DNA of 50,264 nucleotides from Clostridiales bacterium (GTDB lineage Bacteria; Bacillota; Clostridia; HGM11327), in the NCBI GenBank assembly GCA_015056475.1, contig SVGF01000001.1:1-50264 (forward strand), given 5' to 3'. The stretch's first letter is position 1. The number at the start of each line of letters is the position of its first letter. Of the stretch, positions 35,774 to 43,463 are shown piece after piece. The notes below the pieces were generated by a model that searched no databases, was not told where the DNA came from, and saw only the letters and a program-made list of their open reading frames with translations. The translations under genes and the position numbers were made by a program.

Positions 35774-36916
35774 TCATGAATCTATAATAAATTTACTGTT
35801 CAGATCCCATACCGAGTATTCGTCGCTCTTTAATTCTATTCCAAAGCGTTTTCTCGGATTTATTGCCATGAGCTCCACAAGGCGCTCAAGGCTTATCACG
35901 CCCGTCTTTACGAGCTTTGTGTATAATATGGGGAATGCGGTCTCAAGTCCCACAATTCCCATTGCGCTTGATTGCAAGCCCCTGGACTTTTCTTCCTTGC
36001 TGTGCGGTGCGTGGTCGGTAGCTATCATGTCTATAGTGCCGTCCTTTATGCCCTCTATGAGTGCAAGCCTGTCCTCCTCACTTCTGATTGGGGGATTCAT
36101 CTTGAATCTGCCTTCCTCTTGAAGCATCATATCGTTCATAACGAGGTAGTGAGGGCCGGTCTCGCAAGTGATGTCAACGCCGCGCTTTTTTGCCTGCCTT
36201 ATGAGCTCAACGCTTTCCTTTGTGGAAATGTGGCAAACGTGGTATGCTACGCCGATCTTTTCAGCAAGCTCAATATCTCTTTTTATCTGCCCCCATTCGG
36301 ACTCCGAGCAGATGCCCTTGTGTCCGTGGAGCTTTGCGTATTCGCCGTCGTGTATATATCCGCCTTTGAGCAAGTCGTTTACTTCGCAATGCGCCGCTAT
36401 TATCTTGCCGAGGGATTTTGCCTTTTTCATTGCGGCTTCCATCATTTCGTCGCTCTGCACGCCTCTGCCGTCATCTGTGAATGCTATTACCCTGTCGGCA
36501 ATATCGTCCATATCGGATAATTCCTTGCCCTGCTCACCCTTTGTGATGGTGCCGTAGGGATATACGGAAATTACAGCATCATTTTTTATTATTTCCTCCT
36601 GCAAGGCAAGATTTTCTAAGCTATCGGGAGTGGGCTTTAAGTTTGGCATCGTGCATACCGCAGTGTAGCCGCCCCTTGCCGCAGCTCTTGAGCCTGTAGC
36701 TATTGTTTCTTTGTATGAAAAACCCGGCTCTCTGAAATGCACATGCACGTCACAAAAACCGGGAATAATAATACAATCAGAAATAATTTCTCCGCTGAAG
36801 GAATCACTCGAAACAGATACTTCTGCGATTTGGAAATGGTTGTCCCTCAACTGAGCTGTGCAAGCCTCAAATTTCCCGTCACGATATATCTTCGAATTAT
36901 TCATAAGAACGTTCAT
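35774..36916 (-). CDS. pyrC: Dihydroorotase
   Basis: DVHVHFREPG, AHCE, HVCHIS and ATDHAPH motifs. My preferred start is the ATG at 36916, with GGAAAGG 11 nt upstream. The ORF-track start at 36940 is a GTG inside a hairpin. Confidence 0.85.
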   Translation of the reverse strand: MNVLMNNSKIYRDGKFEACTAQLRDNHFQIAEVSVSSDSFSGEIISDCIIIPGFCDVHVHFREPGFSYKETIATGSRAAARGGYTAVCTMPNLKPTPDSLENLALQEEIIKNDAVISVYPYGTITKGEQGKELSDMDDIADRVIAFTDDGRGVQSDEMMEAAMKKAKSLGKIIAAHCEVNDLLKGGYIHDGEYAKLHGHKGICSESEWGQIKRDIELAEKIGVAYHVCHISTKESVELIRQAKKRGVDITCETGPHYLVMNDMMLQEEGRFKMNPPIRSEEDRLALIEGIKDGTIDMIATDHAPHSKEEKSRGLQSSAMGIVGLETAFPILYTKLVKTGVISLERLVELMAINPRKRFGIELKSDEYSVWDLNSKFIIDS

Positions 36917-36935
36917 TGTAAAAATCGCCTTTCCG

Positions 36936-36971
36936 GACACTTTTTCAGACTTATGACCCTAAAAAAGTGTC
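36936..36971 (-). promoter_or_regulatory. Leader hairpin abutting the pyrC ribosome-binding site
   Basis: A perfect 10-bp stem, GACACTTTTT / AAAAAGTGTC, with a 16-nt loop. It ends 1 nt before GGAAAGG on the mRNA. Confidence 0.5.
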
Positions 36972-37085
36972 GTTATAGAAGCTTAAACCAGCCTTAAAAT
37001 CAACGCTGTTTTTCACTCAAATAAGCGAAAAATGCATATTCCAAAAAATCTTCGCAGTTATGCATTCTACGCTTATATCAGGGAT

Positions 37086-37114
37086 ATTATACCACATTTT
37101 GGTGATATTGTCAA
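37086..37114 (-). promoter_or_regulatory. Consensus promoter of the pyr operon
   Basis: On the minus strand: TTGACA, a 17-bp spacer, then TGgTATAAT. It lies about 165 nt upstream of the pyrC start. Confidence 0.7.
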
Positions 37115-37224
37115 TATTTTTATATACAACAAGGTAAAATTAAATTTGGAACGAATTTATGGTTTTTTAAAAATATGCTTGACGCAAAAGAATGATATAA
37201 TAATGTGAGGAGGTGCATACCAGC

Positions 37225-37253
37225 TTGTTTTCTCTGCCGATTTGTGTTATAAT
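37225..37253 (+). promoter_or_regulatory. Plus-strand promoter sharing an 18-nt identity with the corrinoid operon promoter
   Basis: TTGTTT, a 17-bp spacer, then TGtTATAAT. TATAATAATTACAATAAT at 37248-37265 is identical to 19461-19478. Confidence 0.5.
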
Positions 37254-37357
37254 AATTACAATAATGAAAGAAGCTAAAGCTTCTTTGATGTAATTATTGA
37301 AACATTTGAGGTAGAAACGCGGATAGCGCATTTCATTATGTTATAACGAGGACATAG

Positions 37358-37475
37358 AAAAGCCTTCCTCCGATGAGGATAAAGGAGCCTGCGTAACTTT
37401 AGGGTTGAATAAATCTTATTGTATCGCACTCTCCCTCAGTCAGCTTCACTGACAGCTCCCTCCGGAGGGAGCCTT
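37358..37475. repeat. GC-rich multi-hairpin intergenic element
   Basis: It begins AAAAGCCTTCC, like the element at 38254. It contains the perfect palindrome CTCCCTCCGGAGGGAG (37456-37471) and a TCAGT...ACTGA hairpin. Confidence 0.5.
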
Positions 37476-37587
37476 AAGATGAGCGCAACCTTAGTGGTAT
37501 GAGCTTTGCCCGATGCCTTTGTAATACAAATGCGAAACCGGCGATAAAAAAGAACTATAAATAAGAATTTGAACGCGAGATGTTTTT

Positions 37588-38160
37588 ATGAGAGATATAA
37601 TTAAGAATAATTTTAAATCTTATTTAATTATAAGTATATTAGGTGTATTAGCAGGATTAGCAGTTTGGTTTTTTAGTCAGTTTCCATATACTGATTTATG
37701 GTCTTTTAGTTTATTTAGTTCGATGTCATTAGGTTTTTGGGTGTTCACATCTGCAGTTATTGTATTTTTTTCAAAAGAAAGAAAGAGTGCTGTAATATCC
37801 GAAATGTTATATGTATATTTTATGTTTTTCTTTACTGGTGTAGGAAAAATTACTAGATTAGTTCAAAGTGGAGCTGGTGTTTTAAGCTTTAATAATGTTT
37901 TTTTCGATATTATATTTTATGGAGTGCCTTATGCAATAATTTGCGGATTATTGGCACATGTATTGTTTAATGCTAAAAAAAGAAATATTTTAGGAAATAT
38001 ATTATTGTTGTTACCATTTATTTACATTTTAATTGAATTAATTGATTTTTCTATAAAATTACTTACTAATAAAACAAATTTATTTATGGTTATCATTGAT
38101 TCTTTATGTTTAATTACATATATAATATTATTTAGAAAAGATTTTAAGATTGATAAATAG
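37588..38160 (+). CDS. Hypothetical polytopic membrane protein (190 aa), strikingly AT-rich gene
   Basis: A long ORF in very AT-rich DNA with 5-6 hydrophobic segments. The RBS is weak. I recognised no family. Confidence 0.55.
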   Translation: MRDIIKNNFKSYLIISILGVLAGLAVWFFSQFPYTDLWSFSLFSSMSLGFWVFTSAVIVFFSKERKSAVISEMLYVYFMFFFTGVGKITRLVQSGAGVLSFNNVFFDIIFYGVPYAIICGLLAHVLFNAKKRNILGNILLLLPFIYILIELIDFSIKLLTNKTNLFMVIIDSLCLITYIILFRKDFKIDK

Positions 38161-38196
38161 TAATACAAATTACAATTTATCGAACAGAATAAAACG

Positions 38197-38246
38197 AACC
38201 CCTACAGATTTTAATGGTCTGTCGGGGTTATCTCTTTGTTTTTTTG
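38197..38246 (+). terminator. Terminator after the AT-rich membrane-protein gene
   Basis: AACCCCTACAGA / TCTGTCGGGGTT stem with one mismatch, followed by a T-rich tail ending in TTTTTTT. Confidence 0.55.
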
Positions 38247-38253
38247 CGTATCA

Positions 38254-38374
38254 AAAAGCCTTCTCCTGTGGGAGAAGGGGGACCGCGAAGCGGTGGATGA
38301 GGAGTTGCTTTGAGTTTAGAACACCTCATCCGTTAGCCTTCGGCTGCCACCTTCCCCCACTGGGGAAGGCTTTT
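38254..38374. repeat. 121-bp MITE-like GC-rich element with 13-bp terminal inverted repeats
   Basis: The left end is AAAAGCCTTCTCC. The right end GGGGAAGGCTTTT has the reverse complement AAAAGCCTTCCCC, a 12/13 match. Internal hairpins are ACCGC-GAA-GCGGT and GGATGAGG...CCTCATCC. Confidence 0.55.
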
Positions 38375-38423
38375 CAATTTCTCCGCTAATTTTGCACAAC
38401 ATTGGGCCGTTTTGTTTTACTTG

Positions 38424-38452
38424 TTGACTTTAGCAGACAATAATGTTATAAT
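38424..38452 (+). promoter_or_regulatory. Promoter of the GH172 gene
   Basis: TTGACT, a 17-bp spacer, then TGtTATAAT. Confidence 0.6.
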
Positions 38453-38484
38453 TGTAACGTATTAAAATCGAAAGGAATTTTATT

Positions 38485-39603
38485 ATGTTCAGTCTTGACG
38501 ACCTCAAATCTTCATTGCCTTTTAAGGCTAAAAGAAAAAGCTCTTACGATATTTCCGGCGGCAACGGTGACTCATTTGGCATTGCAGCAAACTCCGCAAG
38601 CGATATTTTTAACGTAAACGCAATAGGCGAGATACGCCACATCTGGATGGCTATAATGACGGACGATCCGTTTTATTTAAGAAAGATTCTCATCCGTATG
38701 TATTGGGACGGCGAGGAAACTCCCTCGGTTGAAGCTCCCGTCGGTGATTTTTTTGGTGTGGGTCATGCAAGGTCATACAACCACACAAGCATCTGCTTTT
38801 CAACCACAGTAAACGATACTTCAAGGCAGGGCGAGGGCGTTGCGCTCAACTGCTGGATACCAATGCCATTTGGCAAGAGCGCAAGAATTGAACTTGTAAA
38901 CGAGCAGGACACGGGTATATCCGTTTATTATTACGTTGATTGGAGAGAATTTAACGAAGCACCTAAGGAATTGTTTACCTTCCACGCTTCATGGAAAAGA
39001 CAAAACCCCATTGCAAATATTGACGGCGGTAACGACCCGCTTTATCTCGACATGCTCAACGGTAAAAACCTTACCGACAAATACAATTTCCTCATGCTCT
39101 ACGCAGAGGGTAAGGGAAATTACCTCGGCATAAACCTTTACGTTGACAATATCCACGGCGAATGGTGGGGCGAGGGTGACGATATGATATTTATCGACAG
39201 ACCCGACTGCACAAAGGAATGCGGTGGAAGCTGGCCACCGGATCTTCACGGCACGGGCAGTGAGGATTATCTTTGCCATGCGTGGGGAATGCAGAGATAT
39301 CAGCATCTTTACTGCGGAGAATCATGGTGCGAGGACAATAATTTCTTGCGCGCGCACAACTGCAACGGCAAGGTAAGCGTTTACAGATTCCACGTGGCGG
39401 ATGCTATTCCGTTTGAAAAGAATATCCGTGTGAGCATGGAGCACGGCCATGCAAATGATCGAAACGACGATTGGGCTTGTTGCACGTATTGGTATCAGAC
39501 CGAGCCGCACTCACCTTTGAGCTTTGAAAAAATGCTCCCCGTTGAACAGAGAATGCCTCGTCCGCCGAAGACTTACAGAAGATTGGCAACTTATATGAAT
39601 TAA
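38485..39603 (+). CDS. DUF2961 / GH172-family glycoside hydrolase
   Basis: 372 aa. Segments such as RKSSYDISGGNGD, IRHIWMAI and MYWDGEETPSVEAPVGDFFG are characteristic of DUF2961 as I remember it. Confidence 0.65.
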   Translation: MFSLDDLKSSLPFKAKRKSSYDISGGNGDSFGIAANSASDIFNVNAIGEIRHIWMAIMTDDPFYLRKILIRMYWDGEETPSVEAPVGDFFGVGHARSYNHTSICFSTTVNDTSRQGEGVALNCWIPMPFGKSARIELVNEQDTGISVYYYVDWREFNEAPKELFTFHASWKRQNPIANIDGGNDPLYLDMLNGKNLTDKYNFLMLYAEGKGNYLGINLYVDNIHGEWWGEGDDMIFIDRPDCTKECGGSWPPDLHGTGSEDYLCHAWGMQRYQHLYCGESWCEDNNFLRAHNCNGKVSVYRFHVADAIPFEKNIRVSMEHGHANDRNDDWACCTYWYQTEPHSPLSFEKMLPVEQRMPRPPKTYRRLATYMN

Positions 39604-39610
39604 AAAGCTT

Positions 39611-39650
39611 GGGCAGAAGATCAATATGACCTTCTGCCCGTTTTGTTTTG
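39611..39650. terminator. Bidirectional terminator between GH172 and hom
   Basis: GGGCAGAAG-N11-CTTCTGCCC followed by GTTTTGTTTTG, with an A-run upstream. Confidence 0.75.
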
Positions 39651-39660
39651 TACTGTAATT

Positions 39661-40842
39661 TTACACCCTTGCAACGAAAATCTCGGGCATTGCATCTGCA
39701 ACACTCTCAATTCTGTCGTGAAGTGTGATAGTGGGGATAACGGACGTTACAAAAGCCTTTGCACCGTTTACCTCAACAGCTGTGTATTCAATACCGTCAA
39801 ATGCAGCTTCAACCTTATCTGCAACAGCCTCGGAATATCTTACGTAGTAGCTGCCCTCAAGCCTTGCCATGTCGCAGGTAGCGTTGCCGTTAAAATCAAG
39901 CTCGGGCAAAGTCGCATTACCGCAATCAATGTCAAGAAGGTCCTGCACCATAGCGTTTGCCGTGGGGAATTTACCTGCGCCCTGACCGATGTACTTGAGC
40001 GTGCCGATGGTTTTTCCGTAGAGAGAGCATATGTTGTAGTTGAGCTTGATTCCTGCTTCGGGCTCGTCAACGTTGAACAATCGTGGCTCAATTCTGCAGC
40101 AATACTTACCGTCCTCAATAACTGCTTCTGCATAAAGACGGATGTGCTTATTGAGTGTTTTGAAATATGCAAGGTCGCACTCTTTTATGGAGCGAATGCC
40201 AAATGTCATTATCTCTTCCGCAAGCACCTGTTTGCCGCAAGCAATGGAAGTGCTTATGATGAGCTTGTTTCTTACGTCGATACCGTCAATATCAGCTGTG
40301 GGATCAGCCTCAGCGTAACCCATCTTCTGTGCTGTTTTGAGGCATTCGTCAAAGCTTAAGCCCTTTTCTTCCATTTCAGAAAGGATGAGGTTTGTTGTGC
40401 CGTTAAAAATACCGCCGATGTGAGTGATCTCATCTATACGCATTGCCTGGCGGAGCGACTTTATCCACGGAACACCGCCGCCAACGCTTGCTTCGTACAT
40501 AAATTTAACGCCGTTTTCCTTAGCAAGAGTTGTGAATTCGTTGAGGTATTTTGCAACAACAGCCTTGTTTGCAGTAACAACGTTCTTGCCCGCCTTCAAT
40601 GCTCTTGTAATAAATTCGTAAGCGGGGTGAATGCCGCCCATAGCTTCAACTACCGTATCGATCTCGTCGTTTGCAAATATATCGTCAACGTTATTGGTCA
40701 TATCGGGACGGATTATTTCCTCGGGAGTTTTAACGAGGGCCTTTAATACCTCAAAATCCACCACCATGGGGCTCATATTCTGTGTTATAATGTCGTATAC
40801 TCCGGAACCAACAATTCCGCAGCCAAGTAAACCTATTTTCAT
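39661..40842 (-). CDS. hom: Homoserine dehydrogenase
   Basis: N-terminal Rossmann motif IGLLGCGIVGSG, 393 aa, with a C-terminal regulatory (ACT-like) region. Confidence 0.85.
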   Translation of the reverse strand: MKIGLLGCGIVGSGVYDIITQNMSPMVVDFEVLKALVKTPEEIIRPDMTNNVDDIFANDEIDTVVEAMGGIHPAYEFITRALKAGKNVVTANKAVVAKYLNEFTTLAKENGVKFMYEASVGGGVPWIKSLRQAMRIDEITHIGGIFNGTTNLILSEMEEKGLSFDECLKTAQKMGYAEADPTADIDGIDVRNKLIISTSIACGKQVLAEEIMTFGIRSIKECDLAYFKTLNKHIRLYAEAVIEDGKYCCRIEPRLFNVDEPEAGIKLNYNICSLYGKTIGTLKYIGQGAGKFPTANAMVQDLLDIDCGNATLPELDFNGNATCDMARLEGSYYVRYSEAVADKVEAAFDGIEYTAVEVNGAKAFVTSVIPTITLHDRIESVADAMPEIFVARV

Positions 40843-40955
40843 ACCTTGTATCCTTTGACTTTTTATTAATTAATATGCATTATACATAATTGTATCATAT
40901 ATGCAGTAAAAAATCAAGTATAAAAAATAATAATTGCGAAATTTATACCAAATAT

Positions 40956-41510
40956 TTATTTGATTGCTTTCGCTGTATTTGTAATATACTCAACAACCTG
41001 CTTTGCGCAAAGCTCGGTGCCCTCATCTGTCAAGTGTATCATATCCGAGCATATATATCTTTCGATATCATTCCTCAAAAGTAGGTTCAGATCATTAATT
41101 ATAATGCCCTTTTCCTCAAGCTTCGGCACAATAATGCTGTTGAATCTGTCCGTCATGGAATTTTTGTTGTAGGGATTTGTGTCAAGCACGGGTGTAGTTG
41201 TTGCAAAAATAACTGTCTTGTGCCTCTTTAACAAAATATCCGCTATGTGAAGCATATTTTCAACGTACTCATCCTCAGTAGAGAATGGGCCGTCACCAAA
41301 AAGGTCGCAAATATCCCAATGTCCGTTATTCCAATGAACTATTTCAGAGCCCTTCATATCATTAGCCCAATCAAAAAGCCCTCTGAGCGTGTATTTTGCA
41401 AATCTGCAATTATCCCCGGGGTACCAGATATCAAATTCACCCTCCAGAATTTCCTTGACCTTCGGTCCGTACTGCATTCTAATAGAATCACCGAGTAAGC
41501 TTACCTTCAT
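40956..41510 (-). CDS. SGNH/GDSL-family hydrolase (probable carbohydrate esterase)
   Basis: Block I is LLGDSI and block V is DMIHL (DxxH). 184 aa. Confidence 0.7.
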   Translation of the reverse strand: MKVSLLGDSIRMQYGPKVKEILEGEFDIWYPGDNCRFAKYTLRGLFDWANDMKGSEIVHWNNGHWDICDLFGDGPFSTEDEYVENMLHIADILLKRHKTVIFATTTPVLDTNPYNKNSMTDRFNSIIVPKLEEKGIIINDLNLLLRNDIERYICSDMIHLTDEGTELCAKQVVEYITNTAKAIK

Positions 41511-41528
41511 ATTATTACCTCCAACATT

Positions 41529-42815
41529 TTAATATATCGCAATATCGCGGAGCTTAACGTCGCCCGCATTCTGTGTCACCACAAGCTCAATGCTTTTAGC
41601 TTCAATATTTTCAAACGCCACTATCCTCTTATGTCCAACACATTTACTCTCATATACACATTCGCCGTCCGCCATTATCTTAAATCCGCGAATATGTTGT
41701 CCATCTGTAATATCCTCTCGGATAACAACGTAGTTGATCTTTTGCTTCTCAGCCAGATCAATGCAATAACCACCCTCGTTTACGGCAACGGGCTTACCAA
41801 AAGTTTCTTTTATGAGCTTGCCAAACGCCTTAAACTGTTCTTCATCCTGAAAATCTCCGTCCTTGCTTATAGCCATACCCAAAAGCAGATTGGAATTTCG
41901 TCCGACTGAGCGAATATAGCAGTCAAGCAACTGCTCCGGAGTGTAGAGGAGATGCTCCTCGTTTTCCTGCCAGCCCCAGCCACCGCCAAATGCTGCGTGA
42001 GTGCGGTTGGGCATATCCGTTTCTGCAGGCCAATAATAAATACCGTCGGGGTCACCCTCGCCTGCTTTTTCATCGGGGGTCGTTCCGTCATAGCGTGCCT
42101 GACCGGCATTTGTGGTAGCCCAGCAGTTCTCAGGTGCAAGTCCGTCCTCGTTGCCGACCCACCTTACGTTGTGGGTGTAATCGCGCGGACCTTGAAAGCA
42201 TATCGCGTTTGACTGATACTTATTCAATATCGGCGTTAAATTCGGTCCGCCCTGCTCAACGGGAATGATCCCGCCGTCAAACCATATCTCAAATAAGTCG
42301 CCGTATTCAGTCCAAAGCTCCGTAACCTGCGCCTCAACGTTTTTTACGTACTCCTGATAATAGTCAGATTTATAATCCCAGCGCAAATTATCGTTGATGT
42401 TGTAATAACCGTTACAGCCCGTGGAATAGTAAAAGCCGGGCTTCAAGCCGTATTTTTTGCAGGCGTCAATAAATTCTCTGCAAATGTCACCGCCGCCGCC
42501 CCTCCAATCGGTATAAGAGATAGAAAAATCATTTACCTTTGTATTCCACAGCGAAAATCCCGTGCAATGATTTGTAACCAGAACCGCGTACTTTGCGCCA
42601 AGCTCCCAAGCGCTTCTCACCCATTGCTCGGGATCAAGCTTTGTGGGATGTATGGTTGATGGTGCTATGGCTGTGCGCACCATATCGGTCTTGTACCAAT
42701 CGCCAGCTTCTTTCAAAAGATCGGGACGGTATATGTCCAAGCAATAGTGGATAATTACTCCAAGCTCCATTTCGTGCCATTCAAGCTGTTGTTTTGTGGG
42801 TTTTGCAACGTACAT
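41529..42815 (-). CDS. Alpha-L-fucosidase, GH29 family (second copy)
   Basis: LGVIIHY, NHCTGFSLWNT and FEIWFDGG motifs. My preferred start is the ATG at 42815, with GAGAGG 8 nt upstream. The GTG at 42830 overlaps the GNAT stop. Confidence 0.75.
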   Translation of the reverse strand: MYVAKPTKQQLEWHEMELGVIIHYCLDIYRPDLLKEAGDWYKTDMVRTAIAPSTIHPTKLDPEQWVRSAWELGAKYAVLVTNHCTGFSLWNTKVNDFSISYTDWRGGGGDICREFIDACKKYGLKPGFYYSTGCNGYYNINDNLRWDYKSDYYQEYVKNVEAQVTELWTEYGDLFEIWFDGGIIPVEQGGPNLTPILNKYQSNAICFQGPRDYTHNVRWVGNEDGLAPENCWATTNAGQARYDGTTPDEKAGEGDPDGIYYWPAETDMPNRTHAAFGGGWGWQENEEHLLYTPEQLLDCYIRSVGRNSNLLLGMAISKDGDFQDEEQFKAFGKLIKETFGKPVAVNEGGYCIDLAEKQKINYVVIREDITDGQHIRGFKIMADGECVYESKCVGHKRIVAFENIEAKSIELVVTQNAGDVKLRDIAIY

Positions 42816-42826
42816 TTTTTTACCTC

Positions 42827-43324
42827 TCACATGTTTTTTATTGAATAATACGCAACGTCAGTTGTTTTGCCATAAAAATCCGATTCATTCAAGACGCTGT
42901 CCAACTGAAATCCTAATTTTTGCGCAAGCATTCTTGATGCAGTATTGCTTGCTTCTATTTCAGCTGTAATCATTTCCATGCAAAGCTCGTCAAAGCAATA
43001 TTTTATAACGGCAATGCCTGCCTCGTATGCATATCCGTTGTGCCAATATTTCGGATCAACGTACCATGCCATTTCACCCTTGTTTTCTTTGTTGGAAAAC
43101 ACACCAATATCTCCTATAAAAGTGCCGTCATAAAGTGTGATTCCCCAAGAGGTGTCACCCTTTATTCTTTCAACGTGCGCCAAAAGCTGATCCTCGCTGT
43201 GTGGCATGTAAGGCCCACTTGTGTTTTCAATTTCAGGGCAGAGCAGATATTTAAGTTGCAAAGCGTCGCTTTCTTCTATGTTTCTTAATATTAATCGTTC
43301 CGTTTTTATAGTCGGAGCAGACAT
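42827..43324 (-). CDS. GNAT-family N-acetyltransferase (RimJ/RimL-like)
   Basis: TERLILRNIEESD at the N-terminus, 165 aa, with a typical GNAT core. Confidence 0.75.
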   Translation of the reverse strand: MSAPTIKTERLILRNIEESDALQLKYLLCPEIENTSGPYMPHSEDQLLAHVERIKGDTSWGITLYDGTFIGDIGVFSNKENKGEMAWYVDPKYWHNGYAYEAGIAVIKYCFDELCMEMITAEIEASNTASRMLAQKLGFQLDSVLNESDFYGKTTDVAYYSIKNM

Positions 43325-43463
43325 TCTGATTTCCTTTTAATAATTCTATTTTATATTAGTGTATCACAACTGCCGCAAAAAGTCAACGGCTCACCAAAAT
43401 TTTTCAGCAAGCCGTAAAATTGATCTTCTGATTTATTTTTTTGTAACAACACGAAAGAAATCG

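Noticed and set aside
37179-37201. TTGACG ... TATAAT promoter upstream of the 37225 promoter
   Set aside because: The spacer is only 11 bp. It could at best act as a TGaTATAAT extended -10 promoter. The GAGGAGG that follows is not succeeded by a convincing start codon; only a 22-codon TTG-initiated hydrophobic mini-ORF is present.
37264-37293. 9-codon mini-ORF MKEAKASLM immediately after the 37248 -10 element
   Set aside because: It coincides with the AAGAAGC-TAAA-GCTTCTT hairpin and has no RBS. It is probably coincidental. I mention it only because the mRNA would be nearly leaderless.
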